From assembly GCA_965228855.1 (NCBI GenBank), contig CBDDIJ010000003.1, positions 1,568,001-1,632,000 on the forward strand: a DNA stretch of 64,000 bases. The letters are read 5' to 3'. Positions within the stretch are counted from its first letter, which is position 1, and every line of letters begins with the position of its first letter. This DNA comes from Candidatus Obscuribacterales bacterium (lineage in GTDB: Bacteria > Cyanobacteriota > Vampirovibrionia > Obscuribacterales > Obscuribacteraceae). The notes under the pieces are model-generated. The model was not told where the DNA came from and searched no databases. It saw only the letters and a list, made by a program, of their open reading frames with translations. Below, piece by piece: positions 48,627 through 58,722 of this stretch. Made by a program: the position numbers and the translations under genes.

Positions 48627-50021
48627 CTACTTCCGTCTGTGAATTGCCATGGCGAGCAGAGATTCGAGGATTGGTTCGTCCGCACAGGCTAAGCCTTTCG
48701 CCTGTAGCAACTTCTTGCCCTCGTCTTCCAATACGTGCAATTTCTCGCGCGCTCCTTCGACTCCAAATACACTCACCCAGGTCGCTTTGTTGGCCGCCTG
48801 ATCCTTGCCTGGCGTCTTACCAAGCGTTTCTACATCGCCTGTGACATCGAGTAGGTCGTCGGTAATTTGAAAAGCCAAACCGACAATATCACCAAATTGT
48901 TCTAAAGCAGCGAGTTGCTCAGCTGATGCCTGTGCAAGCCGAGCACCTGACCAGAGCGAGAAGCGCAGCAATGCGCCCGTTTTACCGGCATGGATTTTTC
49001 TAATAACTGCTTCATCCAGGTGCATCGCTCTTGGCTTGGACGCTGCACCTGTCGGAAACGCCACCGCATTCGATGGCGCGCTTGACAATTGGACCTTTCC
49101 TTTTTTATTCGATTGGTCCACTTCGATCGATTTTGAGGAAATCTCCGTGCCCCTCTGTGAGGCGTTTGTAGTTGCCGGGGAGTGATTACCACATCCTTCC
49201 GTTTTTGAGCCCCTCTTATCGCTTGACAAGCAGTCCGCTGAAGATTCTCTCGATTGGTCCAGTGCTACCGCGTGCGATTGGTCCAGTGGATTTTGCTCGC
49301 GCAGATTGTTCTCACTCAAACCTTTCTCGGTTATATCCAAACTTTCTTCCGGCGCGGAGGCTTGATTCTCTGATTCCGTCATCGGTGTACCCGAGCCCGT
49401 ATAGACGAGATCGAATACTTGCCCGCCGACCATTCCGCCCGCGCCGGTGGCCGCAGCGAGGCCACGAGTGATATCTAAGATCGACTTGTCAAGCACAGAC
49501 TGATCGCATCCGATATCTGTTTTGTCATCTCTACTACATATAAGTATTTCGATTGCGCGCATCAATAATGCGTCGCCAGCCAAAAGCGCCATCGCTTCGC
49601 CATAAGTTTTATGGTTCGTTGGCTTACCCCGACGAACGTCGTCATTATCGAGGCATGGCAAGTCATCGTGAACCAAACTCATTGCGTGCACCATTTCAAT
49701 TGCGCACGCCACCGGCAAAACAGGTGCTAAATATTTCGCGAGTTTTTCAACAGTAGATTCTGAATCGCATTTAAGCTTGGTACCGCATTCGCCACCAGCA
49801 TTAAGGCGCTTGATAGTTTCATACGATGCAATCGACAGCAATGCGCGTATACGTTTCCCAGCTCCCAGAGCCGAGTACCGCATACTCTCCCACAGAATCT
49901 CCGGCTCTTCTTCGGTAAGCAACTCATCAAGCTTCGCTTCGACCAGAACACGTCGATCTTCCAGGTACTTCTTGAAGTCGAACGTAGAGTGAGATGTGGT
50001 GCTGGAACTGGAGCGCATCAT
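48627..50021 (-). CDS. crtE: Geranylgeranyl/farnesyl diphosphate synthase with large internal insertion
   Basis: GKRIR, HDDLPCLDNDDVRRGKPT (FARM), GGQVFD, KTGAL, FQITDDLLD (SARM), LGKTPGKD; adjacent to DUF212. Confidence 0.92.
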   Translation of the reverse strand: MMRSSSSTTSHSTFDFKKYLEDRRVLVEAKLDELLTEEEPEILWESMRYSALGAGKRIRALLSIASYETIKRLNAGGECGTKLKCDSESTVEKLAKYLAPVLPVACAIEMVHAMSLVHDDLPCLDNDDVRRGKPTNHKTYGEAMALLAGDALLMRAIEILICSRDDKTDIGCDQSVLDKSILDITRGLAAATGAGGMVGGQVFDLVYTGSGTPMTESENQASAPEESLDITEKGLSENNLREQNPLDQSHAVALDQSRESSADCLSSDKRGSKTEGCGNHSPATTNASQRGTEISSKSIEVDQSNKKGKVQLSSAPSNAVAFPTGAASKPRAMHLDEAVIRKIHAGKTGALLRFSLWSGARLAQASAEQLAALEQFGDIVGLAFQITDDLLDVTGDVETLGKTPGKDQAANKATWVSVFGVEGAREKLHVLEDEGKKLLQAKGLACADEPILESLLAMAIHRRK

Positions 50022-50665
50022 GCAGTGGGTTCGTGGGTGCTTGGACCTTTGAAAAACGCAGACAATGTTTTATACACCTTCAAACCAACCGTGCCCCATT
50101 TGATGATATTGGGGTCGCGCTTGAGAATCATCGAGATAAAGGGCCAGAGATCACGCACGACCTCGACTGTCGAAGGAATCATTGGATCGTTTTTGTGGCT
50201 GTTTATTCTTTGATTGAGATCTTTCAGCTCACTGCGCGCATAGGGCATGTAGAAACGCGCCATGTCATCGCCGAAGTACGCCAGATCCTCGAGTTGCGCG
50301 AGAATCTCCATAATTTTGTGGCGATAAATCCAAACACCGAGCAAAATTCCAAGCCCGCCGACCAGTACATATATAAAGAGTATCTTGAGGACATCTACGA
50401 CCGTTCCGGCAAACGGATAGTGATTGAAAATCCGGTAAGCGACGCGTGCGACGATAGGTATCAGGAGCGCAATGACGAAAAGTGCGATGTAGCCTTTGAG
50501 TTTCGCGAAAATCTCATAGATCCGCTTCTCTTCAACGAAGAGGAACGCTTCCGAAAGAGCACCATACCGATCCATCTGGTTAGAAATTCGCGGATACGCC
50601 GGCTTGACCGTCGTCTCCACAATTTCTTTTTCAGTAATCGGCGTTTTCTCTGAATCCATTCTCAC
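50018..50665 (-). CDS. Hypothetical 2-TM membrane protein
   Basis: Two hydrophobic helices; ATGA overlap with crtE. Confidence 0.75.
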   Translation of the reverse strand: MRMDSEKTPITEKEIVETTVKPAYPRISNQMDRYGALSEAFLFVEEKRIYEIFAKLKGYIALFVIALLIPIVARVAYRIFNHYPFAGTVVDVLKILFIYVLVGGLGILLGVWIYRHKIMEILAQLEDLAYFGDDMARFYMPYARSELKDLNQRINSHKNDPMIPSTVEVVRDLWPFISMILKRDPNIIKWGTVGLKVYKTLSAFFKGPSTHEPTA

Positions 50666-50694
50666 GTCTGCCTATTAAACTTGGCTCACAATCA

Positions 50695-51930
50695 CTATCT
50701 CAGCAGTGCTCGTGCAATCAACATACGCTGAATCTGATTTGTGCCTTCGTAAATCTGTCCAGCTTTTGCGTCTCGGAAGATTCGCTCGATGAGCAATTCC
50801 GGCTGTAATCCGAGACTGGCAATAATCGAAATTGCTTCGGTCGATACTTTCATCGCGGCATCAGTCGCAGTTGCCTTAGCCATCGAGGCAAGCGTGTTGT
50901 CCGGCTCTCCGAGGTCGATGGTGGCAGCGGCCTGGTAGGTGAGAACGCGAGCGCTATCAACCTGGGTAACCAATTCGCCCACTACCGAAGCCAATCCATT
51001 CAAACTGTCATCGAACAAACCTTTGCTTTTTTCGTCTTTCAAAACTCTGATAAGACCGTCAAGCGCGCCCTGAGCCCATCCTGTTGCCTGGGCCGCAATC
51101 GTCACCCTGCCTTTAGCGAGACTGGACAACGCGACTTTGCGCCCCTGCCCTGGATCTCCGAGTGTATTCTCAACTGGAACTTTGCAGTCATTGAACACCA
51201 ACTCGCATGTAGAATAGCCTCGCATGCCGAGCATGTCGAATTTTTGCCCGATTTCGAAACCTGCATAGCCTCGCTCGACGATGAACGCGGTAATCGTGTC
51301 GACGGTCCCTTTCTCGCCTGCAGGCGGAAACGGTTTGTGCGGTTCGCCGACAACCTTAGCCATAACGATGTAATAATCGGCGGAAGCACCGCTCGTGATG
51401 AAGGTTTTAGTGCCGTTTAAAAGATAATGGTCTCCGTTGAATTTCGCGGTTGTTTCCAGCGCAGCTGTGTCGGAGCCGGCGTTCGGTTCAGTCAGACCGA
51501 ATGCAGCAAGATATTTTCCAGTTGCGGAAGGAACTAAATATTTCTGTTTTTGCTCTTCCGTTCCAAAGCGAGATACCGGCTCCTGGCAGAGAACGTGAAC
51601 ACCGAGTGAACTCATGATTGGAACGCAGCGTCGGGCAAATTCTTCGTTGACCAGACAGAAACTGACATAATCGCCACCGGTACCGCCATAAGTTTTTGGA
51701 AACGGCAAGGCGCCGAGCCCTTCTTGGCAGGCTTTCTCAAAGAGGTCGCGCCGGAACGAGTTCTCGACGTCTGATTTGATGACGTCCTCGATCGGAATGG
51801 TATCTGCAAACGCTTTAGCCTTCTTCAGCCAGGCAACTTGCTCCGGCGAATAACGCAGGGACGGATCCGAGTCTTGCTGCTTGGCGTCTTCAGTTATCAA
51901 CATAAAACCAGGTGCCTCTTTGAACTGCAT
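50695..51930 (-). CDS. Acyl-CoA dehydrogenase
   Basis: AFGLTEPNAGSD, LNGTKTFIT, GMRG..TCEL.F, GRVTIAAQ, RDAKAGQIYEGTNQIQR. Confidence 0.95.
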   Translation of the reverse strand: MQFKEAPGFMLITEDAKQQDSDPSLRYSPEQVAWLKKAKAFADTIPIEDVIKSDVENSFRRDLFEKACQEGLGALPFPKTYGGTGGDYVSFCLVNEEFARRCVPIMSSLGVHVLCQEPVSRFGTEEQKQKYLVPSATGKYLAAFGLTEPNAGSDTAALETTAKFNGDHYLLNGTKTFITSGASADYYIVMAKVVGEPHKPFPPAGEKGTVDTITAFIVERGYAGFEIGQKFDMLGMRGYSTCELVFNDCKVPVENTLGDPGQGRKVALSSLAKGRVTIAAQATGWAQGALDGLIRVLKDEKSKGLFDDSLNGLASVVGELVTQVDSARVLTYQAAATIDLGEPDNTLASMAKATATDAAMKVSTEAISIIASLGLQPELLIERIFRDAKAGQIYEGTNQIQRMLIARALLR

Positions 51931-51954
51931 AAGTGTATCAGATCTCTCACCTCG

Positions 51955-52111
51955 CCTACTATCCGATACCGTATGCCTTAAACCGCAAGATGTGCCACCC
52001 GCCGCGTTCCCCAGCTTCGAGGCTCCCCGAGCGAGCCCCTACTATCCGATACCGTATGCCTCGGACCTCAAGATGTGCCACCCGCCGAGTTCGCCGGCTT
52101 TGAGGCTCCCC
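51955..52111. repeat. Two imperfect ~74-bp direct repeats (period 83) in the divergent intergenic region
   Basis: cctactatccgataccgtatgcct...caagatgtgccacccgccg.gttc.cc.gctt.gaggctcccc at 51955-52028 and 52038-52111. Confidence 0.9.
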
Positions 52112-52318
52112 TGATCGCTAACGTTGGCTACGTGGCTACGACGCTTTTTTGAAAATCCGGCATCGAGGCGTAGACAGAGATTACCTATTGAACCATCAGT
52201 TTGCTCAGTAATCTCGCGGCAGGTTGACCGCAGGCGACACAAATCTATCCGGCAAATCCGCCGATACGGTAAAATGTCGGAAGCGCGAGTATTGAACCTT
52301 CGTCCATGAGAAACAGCC

Positions 52319-53413
52319 TTGGCGACAAGCGAAGAAGTAACGACAGCAGTTCGAAAATCAGTAAATCGAAGACAGGCGGGAGACTCCACGAGTGACACTA
52401 CTTGTGACACCACTGTCGGACCAACCGTGCGCAAAGTAATCCGACCTAGAGCCTTGAAGAAGGGATCAATGGTCGGTATCGTAGCTCCGGGGTCTCCTCC
52501 ATTCGAAGAAGGCGACCTGGATTTCTCTTTCCAGTGGCTCAAGAAATTGGGCTTGCGCTGGAAATTGGGGAGACACGTTACAGATCGGCTCGGGGACCTG
52601 GCCGGCACCGACGAGGATCGCGTGAAGGACCTTCACGACATGTGGGCTGATCCGGACATCTCCGCGATCCTTCCAGCACGCGGAGGCAACGGCTGTGTAC
52701 GCCTCCTGGACAAGCTTGATTTCAAACTCATTGCAAAGCACCCAAAAATCTTAATCGGTTATTCCGACATAACCGGACTGCTCATCCCAATTCACCAGGA
52801 AACTGGATTGGTTACTTTCCATGGTGCAACCGCCGGATCATTTTTTGAATCACCATACACCTATCGATACTTCGAGCTTGCCCTGATGCAACCGAAGCCA
52901 CTCGGCTTGATCAGCGACCCAACGCCGAAAGACGCCTGGGATCCAGAGTATCCGCCGACGCGTATGGTGATAAGCGAAGGTAAAGCACGCGGGCAACTTA
53001 TCGGCGGCTGCCTTTCACTAATTCGCCAATTGATGGGGACCCCCTGGGAAATCGACACCAGAGGCAAAATTCTATTCTTCGAAGACTTTGAAGAAGAGCC
53101 TCACAACCTAGATCGCATGATTACCCAGCTACAACTGTCCGGAAAACTTGACGATGCCGCTGGTATCATCATCGGTGAGTGCGCCAGCTGCCGTCCGGGC
53201 GATAGCAAGAGAAATCGGATCGCTTTAAATTTCAGCGTCGAGCGAATGCTTCGCGAGAAGTTCGCGGACTTCGGCAAGCCCGTTGTTTACGGAATGCGGC
53301 TTGGTCACTCACGTGAAAAGTTTACACTGCCACTGGGAGTGGTGGCTTACTTGCGAGCCGACAAGAGCGGCTCTGTCACCCTGAGGATTGAAGAACCCGC
53401 CACACACGTTTGA
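52319..53413 (+). CDS. ldcA: LD-carboxypeptidase, peptidase family S66 (intact triad)
   Basis: GIVAPGS, RGGNG, GYSDIT (Ser), EDFEE (Glu), LGHS (His); start uncertain (alternative GTG at 52427). Confidence 0.9.
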   Translation: MATSEEVTTAVRKSVNRRQAGDSTSDTTCDTTVGPTVRKVIRPRALKKGSMVGIVAPGSPPFEEGDLDFSFQWLKKLGLRWKLGRHVTDRLGDLAGTDEDRVKDLHDMWADPDISAILPARGGNGCVRLLDKLDFKLIAKHPKILIGYSDITGLLIPIHQETGLVTFHGATAGSFFESPYTYRYFELALMQPKPLGLISDPTPKDAWDPEYPPTRMVISEGKARGQLIGGCLSLIRQLMGTPWEIDTRGKILFFEDFEEEPHNLDRMITQLQLSGKLDDAAGIIIGECASCRPGDSKRNRIALNFSVERMLREKFADFGKPVVYGMRLGHSREKFTLPLGVVAYLRADKSGSVTLRIEEPATHV

Positions 53414-53415
53414 TC

Positions 53416-54393
53416 ATGTCACCAGCCCGAAGTAAACTGTCTAGCTCTGTGAAACAAAAATGCGCCACCAAGGCCGGTGCACTGCGTCCGGGCGATCATG
53501 TTGGAATAGTCGCCCCCGCGAGTCGCCCTGAAGGTCCACATACAGTCGCGGCGATTGAAAAGCTCGTAACAGGCATGGGTTTCGTTCCCGTTTTCGGCAA
53601 GCATGTTCTCTCAATCCACGGTTACATGGCGGGTAAAGACGATGAGCGCCTGGAAGATTTGAATGGGTTCATCCGTGATAAAAACATTCGCGGAATATTT
53701 TGCACCACAGGCGGCTACGGCTCTCTGCGCATTTTGGAAGGCGTCGATTATGAGGGACTGATGCGCGATCCGAAGGTTGTGATCGGCAGCGACGAGAATA
53801 CATGCTTATTGCTGGCTATAAATAGAATGGCTTCGCTTCCCGTTTTCCACGGCTTCAATCTGGACATGATAAACAGTGACAGGGCGCGAGATGAATTTCT
53901 GTTCGCGATCACACAAGACAAAGTGCTACCGCCTGTAGAGGCAGGTTCATCCTACCCCGCAGATTTTGTTTATTCTCCAATTCCTGGAACGGCAAGCGGG
54001 ACTACATTGGGTGGAAACCTAAACGCCCTGTTCTCGCTGATGGGCACCAAATATCAACCAAACTTCAAAGATACCGTTCTACTCATCGAAGAGCGCAATG
54101 AGCGTAACGACATTATCGAGCGCTGGTTTACAAGTCTGTTTCTCTCGGGCGAACTGAATGTTGTAAACGGCATTGCCTTCGGTAGTTTCGAAACTTGCGG
54201 AACACGCTCTGCTTCGAATATGCTTTCAATCGAGGACATTTTGCATCAGACCTTAGCGCAATTGCAGAGACCAGCCTGTTTCGGTATGTCATTCGGACAG
54301 TCAGACCATTGCCGAGTCACCCCTATCGGAATCGAAGCGGAATTTGATTCCGAATTAGGAAAGCTCACCTTCAAAGAAGCGGCCCTTCTATGA
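53416..54393 (+). CDS. S66 family paralog, probably catalytically inactive
   Basis: GIVAPAS, AGKDDERLEDL, TGGYGS, GGNL; GSDENT replaces GYSDIT and FGQ replaces xGH. Confidence 0.85.
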   Translation: MSPARSKLSSSVKQKCATKAGALRPGDHVGIVAPASRPEGPHTVAAIEKLVTGMGFVPVFGKHVLSIHGYMAGKDDERLEDLNGFIRDKNIRGIFCTTGGYGSLRILEGVDYEGLMRDPKVVIGSDENTCLLLAINRMASLPVFHGFNLDMINSDRARDEFLFAITQDKVLPPVEAGSSYPADFVYSPIPGTASGTTLGGNLNALFSLMGTKYQPNFKDTVLLIEERNERNDIIERWFTSLFLSGELNVVNGIAFGSFETCGTRSASNMLSIEDILHQTLAQLQRPACFGMSFGQSDHCRVTPIGIEAEFDSELGKLTFKEAALL

Positions 54394-54415
54394 CAAAAAC
54401 CGCTTCAATCTACCG

Positions 54416-55330
54416 CTAATCATCTGTATTGAGCAACATCTCCTTAGCATCAGCAAGTTCCCTCATCTTAGTTTTGGGAACAGATGGAAATGCGAGCTTC
54501 ATTTCATTCATCGAATCGACAATCGCGGCCGCAACGACCAGACGGGAAAACCATTTATTATCCGCGGGCACCACATACCATGGCGCGTCCTTCGATGCCG
54601 TTGCCTTGATCGCTTCAGTGTAGGCACGCATATACTCAGACCAATACTGTCGTTCCGTTATGTCCGATGCTGAAAATTTCCAGTGCTTCTCAGGTAGATC
54701 CAGGCGCGCAAGAAATCGCTTTTTCTGTTCCTTCTTCGAGACGTTCAAAAAGAACTTCACCACGTGCACACCATTGCGCGTCAGATGCTTCTCGAAGTTG
54801 TTTATGTCTTCGAGGCGTTCTTTCCAGATGTTTTTAGTGATGCATTCGGCCGGCAATTTTTGCTTTGCCAGAATCTCATCGTGAACGCGCACGACCAGGA
54901 CTTCCTCGAAGTATGATCGATTGAAAATGCCGATACGTCCGCGTTCCGGCACGGCGCGCGCATATCGCCACATGAAGACGTGATCGAGTTCCTCATCGGA
55001 AGGTGTTTTAAAAGAAAAGACCTGGCATCCTTGAGGGTTGATGCCGGACATGACGTGTTTGATGGTGCCGTCCTTACCTGCCGCATCCATCGCTTGAAAA
55101 ACCAGAAGCAATGCGTATCTATCCTGCGCGTAAAGCATCTCCTGCTTTTCAGCTAGAAACTCGATGCCTTGTGACAGAAGAATCTTCGCTTCCTCCTTGC
55201 CGTCCTTGCCGAACGGACCAGTGTCACCCGGATCGTGATCTGAGAGCTTAAAAGTTTTGCCGTTCGTCACCTTGTACTTCCGTACAAAGTCATGAATCTT
55301 CGCAAGCTTTTGAGTTTTCTTTGCAACCAT
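54416..55330 (-). CDS. ppk2: Polyphosphate kinase 2 family, class III
   Basis: FQAMDAAGKDG, GINPQGC, FNRSYFEEVLVVRVH, KHWKFSASD, APWYVVPADNKW. Confidence 0.93.
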   Translation of the reverse strand: MVAKKTQKLAKIHDFVRKYKVTNGKTFKLSDHDPGDTGPFGKDGKEEAKILLSQGIEFLAEKQEMLYAQDRYALLLVFQAMDAAGKDGTIKHVMSGINPQGCQVFSFKTPSDEELDHVFMWRYARAVPERGRIGIFNRSYFEEVLVVRVHDEILAKQKLPAECITKNIWKERLEDINNFEKHLTRNGVHVVKFFLNVSKKEQKKRFLARLDLPEKHWKFSASDITERQYWSEYMRAYTEAIKATASKDAPWYVVPADNKWFSRLVVAAAIVDSMNEMKLAFPSVPKTKMRELADAKEMLLNTDD

Positions 55331-55432
55331 CTGAAGCCTCGCATGTCCGAACGCAAAATTTGTAAGGCACTAAGATTAGCAGAAAGAAACCGTTATCGTG
55401 AGATCGCACAGCAAAACGAAATCGAAAGAGCT

Positions 55433-57337
55433 CTAATCCGAACTTTCGCTCAGGAACATCGACTCAAGATTACTGCGCTGACCGTTTTTAATACTCGCGA
55501 TCGCAAACGGAATTCCTCGCTTGATGTCACCAGCGACTAAACCGGACTCGTCGATTTCCTCAGCAAGTATATCTCCCGAGCGTCCGTGAATGTAGGCACC
55601 TGCCGCGGCCGCCTGGAATGGGTCAACATGCTGGGCGAGCAAACCGCCGATGATACCAGATAAAACATCTCCTGCTCCGGCAGTCGCCATTCCGGCATTG
55701 CCAGTCGGGTTGATAAAGACCTCTCCCTCGGGATTCGCCGTTACCGTCATCGAGCCTTTCAGGACGATCACGGCGTTGAATTTCTGAGCTGCTTTGATTG
55801 CCATGTTGATTCGATCAGACTGAATCTCGGACACTTCGCAATCAAGTAAACGAGCCAGTTCCTTGGGGTGTGGAGTCAGAACGAACTGACCGTCGTTGTT
55901 TTCCAGAATTTCTGGTTTCTTCGCAATCGCATTAAGCCCGTCCGCATCAATTATGCATGGGCAGTCGATGTCATTTAACAACTTGGAAACGAGTTCAAAT
56001 GTATCATCATTCAAACCGATTCCAGGCCCGAGGATAATGGCCTGTGCTTGTGATGCCAGCGGTTTCAATTGCGCATACGCATCCTTGCTGAATGTACCAG
56101 CTTCAGTTTCCGGCATCGGTTTATAAATCACTTCCTCGGCGGGCAGACTGCTCAGCACCGCACGCGGTGTCGCGAGATATGTCAAACCGGCTCCGACACG
56201 TAATGCACTCATGGACGATAGCATCGCGGCGCCCGCCATACCGACACTACCGGCGATGGCAAGCACGTGACCAAACGATCCCTTGTGCGAATCTACCGGT
56301 CTTACCGGTAGGATTTCACGCACAATCTCCACGGTCATCAAATTGATGTCGGGTGTGGATTCGGGAATCTCGGGAAGTCCAATGTCTATTATGCCGAGGT
56401 CACCTGCCAGCGTGGCTCCCGGGTGCGTCACCAGCCCCGGTTTCAAATATCCGAAGGTGACTGTTTGGTCCGCGCGAACCGCCGCGCCCATAATTTGTCC
56501 GGTATCGGAATTGATACCACTTGGAATATCGATCGCCAGCACGCGTTTTCCGCTGCGATTGATCGCGTCGATGACTCTTTTGTACAAACCTTCGACTTGT
56601 TTTTCCAGACCTGTTCCGAAAAGAGCGTCCACTATCAGGGATGCTCCCTCGAACAGCTCATCAACATTTGGATCAGAATGACGATCGTGCTCGCTCTCGC
56701 CGCCGTGATTGTCTCGATTGTGGCGAGAGTCGCGTTCTTCCGGTTGTTTGCGCTCGTGCTTAGCCCGGTCGAAGAGCGCAGCATTCTCGTCCTCAAAAAT
56801 GGTCTTCCCCTGTTTGTCGTCAGTATCGCGCTCTCCCAGATAGAACGCTTCATGCGCGAGAACCTTGACCGAAACGTCCAGCGACTCCAGAATCGTCTTA
56901 TTGAGCTTCCCTTCTGCCGTCTTCATATCGGCGACATCCACATCACCGCCACGCTCAATGGTGGCGCTCTTTGCGGAACCTTTTGGAGTGGTATCGGATG
57001 CGGTGATAGCTTTTTCCGACTCCTGAGATTTCGCCGCCTTTATCGAGCCGGTATTGTCATCACTCTCATTTTTCTGGCGAGCCTGCGAAACCAGCCACAC
57101 CGAAACCGGCACTCCCCACAACGTGAGATACCGAGCGACAACCATTCCGTCGCCACCATTATTGCCGCGTCCAGCCACGACAACAACTTCGCCCGGGTTT
57201 TCCTGCCACATTCGCAAGGCACGAATCGCCGCGCCACGCCCGGCAATTTCCATGAGCACCTGTCCCCAGTTGCCGTCGCAATGGGCTATCCATTTACTTT
57301 CGAGGTCTCGTATCTGTTCCGTCGTGGGAATGCGCAT
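55433..57337 (-). CDS. nnr: Bifunctional NAD(P)HX epimerase/dehydratase NnrE-NnrD
   Basis: GRGNNGGDG, IVDALFGTG, AIDIPSG; HKGSFG, GPGIG, DADGL, TPHPKE, ATAGAGDVLSG. Confidence 0.95.
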   Translation of the reverse strand: MRIPTTEQIRDLESKWIAHCDGNWGQVLMEIAGRGAAIRALRMWQENPGEVVVVAGRGNNGGDGMVVARYLTLWGVPVSVWLVSQARQKNESDDNTGSIKAAKSQESEKAITASDTTPKGSAKSATIERGGDVDVADMKTAEGKLNKTILESLDVSVKVLAHEAFYLGERDTDDKQGKTIFEDENAALFDRAKHERKQPEERDSRHNRDNHGGESEHDRHSDPNVDELFEGASLIVDALFGTGLEKQVEGLYKRVIDAINRSGKRVLAIDIPSGINSDTGQIMGAAVRADQTVTFGYLKPGLVTHPGATLAGDLGIIDIGLPEIPESTPDINLMTVEIVREILPVRPVDSHKGSFGHVLAIAGSVGMAGAAMLSSMSALRVGAGLTYLATPRAVLSSLPAEEVIYKPMPETEAGTFSKDAYAQLKPLASQAQAIILGPGIGLNDDTFELVSKLLNDIDCPCIIDADGLNAIAKKPEILENNDGQFVLTPHPKELARLLDCEVSEIQSDRINMAIKAAQKFNAVIVLKGSMTVTANPEGEVFINPTGNAGMATAGAGDVLSGIIGGLLAQHVDPFQAAAAGAYIHGRSGDILAEEIDESGLVAGDIKRGIPFAIASIKNGQRSNLESMFLSESSD

Positions 57338-57604
57338 TGATTTATCCGTCTGCTGTAGATGTCGGGATTCCGAAGCGATTCGCTATTGTCCCGTTTATCG
57401 CGACTGTTTATCAATCAACCGTTGCAGATTTTATAAATTCGTAGCCAATTTGGGACTAAACAGTCATTGCTACATCACCCGTCCAAAACCATAGCCACTT
57501 ACTTTCATTCTCGCAACTGAGTTGACGGAGTCGCGTGCATTGCGGACTCTTCGCTCGTACGCTTTAGTGAACCTGTCTATTCACCGCGGTCTAGTGGACA
57601 ACGG

Positions 57605-58561
57605 CTACTCAACTACGACACAGCGAACCAGATGCCCCGTTCCTTTTTCTTCCAGGCGCGGAAATGCTTTCAAACAGCGCTCCTCAACCAGAGGGCATCG
57701 CGGGGCAAACCGGCAACCGGGCGGAAGGTCTATAAGATTTGGCGGCTGACCGTCGATCGGTCGAAGCTTGTCACTGCCAGGACGCGGCACCGAGTTTAAA
57801 AGCCCTACAGTGTATGGATGTTTCGGGTTCTTATAAAGCTCGTGAACAGAGGCATACTCCACTACAGCACCGGCGTACATAACCGCCACCGAATCGCACA
57901 TTTCAGCGACAACTCCAAGATCATGAGTGATGAGCATGATCGACATGCCCTGCTCAGTCTGTATTTCGCGCAGCAGATCCAGAATTTGAGCTTGTACAGT
58001 GACATCTAAAGCAGTGGTAGGTTCATCTGCAATCAATACAAGCGGATTGCATGCCAGCGCCATCGCGATCATTACACGCTGGCGCATGCCGCCCGAGAAC
58101 TGGTGTGGATAATCGTCCACTCTGCCAGCAGCCTGCGGAATCTTCACCTTCGAAAGTGCTTCGATAGCGCGCTTTCGAGCTTCATCTTTGCCGACCTTCT
58201 GATGCAGTTCAATCGCTTCCATGATTTGCTGACCAACGGTATAGACCGGGTTGAGCGACGTCATCGGATCTTGAGGGATAAACGCAATTTGATTGCCCCT
58301 GACAGAGCGCATCTCGGCTTCCGACACCTGAAGCAGGTCTTTGCCATCCAGAAGAATCTTCCCGCGGACAATCTCTCCGGGCGGCGGCACAAGGCGCAAA
58401 ATTGATAGAGAGGTTATCGACTTCCCGCATCCGGACTCGCCGACGACTCCCAGGGACTTGCCTTTTTCAATATTGAAGTTAACACCGTCAACGGCTTTGA
58501 CAAGACCCAGCTCCGTATGGAAAACAGTCGATAGATCTTGGATTTGGAGAATGTCAGACAC
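57605..58561 (-). CDS. oppD: Oligopeptide/dipeptide ABC transporter ATP-binding protein (OppD/DppD)
   Basis: [50 protein letters not shown]. Confidence 0.92.
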   Translation of the reverse strand: MSDILQIQDLSTVFHTELGLVKAVDGVNFNIEKGKSLGVVGESGCGKSITSLSILRLVPPPGEIVRGKILLDGKDLLQVSEAEMRSVRGNQIAFIPQDPMTSLNPVYTVGQQIMEAIELHQKVGKDEARKRAIEALSKVKIPQAAGRVDDYPHQFSGGMRQRVMIAMALACNPLVLIADEPTTALDVTVQAQILDLLREIQTEQGMSIMLITHDLGVVAEMCDSVAVMYAGAVVEYASVHELYKNPKHPYTVGLLNSVPRPGSDKLRPIDGQPPNLIDLPPGCRFAPRCPLVEERCLKAFPRLEEKGTGHLVRCVVVE

Positions 58562-58722
58562 GAAGATACTGCATGAAAATAATGGAAACTCAGCCCAAAA
58601 GTGGGGATAACTAAATCATGCCATCTTTGGTTCAGACAACCAATTATAAAACGACGCCGCCGTGAAAGAAAAAAGGTCACAACTTCGGCTTCAGCTGCTT
58701 AAATGGTTATAAAGGGGTGAAC

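Noticed and set aside
49023..49394. Intein in CrtE
   Set aside because: No Cys/Ser-start Hint block, no His-Asn followed by Cys/Ser/Thr, and the composition is low-complexity
51955..52111. CRISPR array
   Set aside because: Only two long units with a 9-bp gap, no unique spacers of typical size and no cas genes; the same applies to the 59073-59130 repeat
56423..57340. 305-aa plus-strand ORF
   Set aside because: Fully antisense to the well-supported nnrE-nnrD gene; no recognisable motifs
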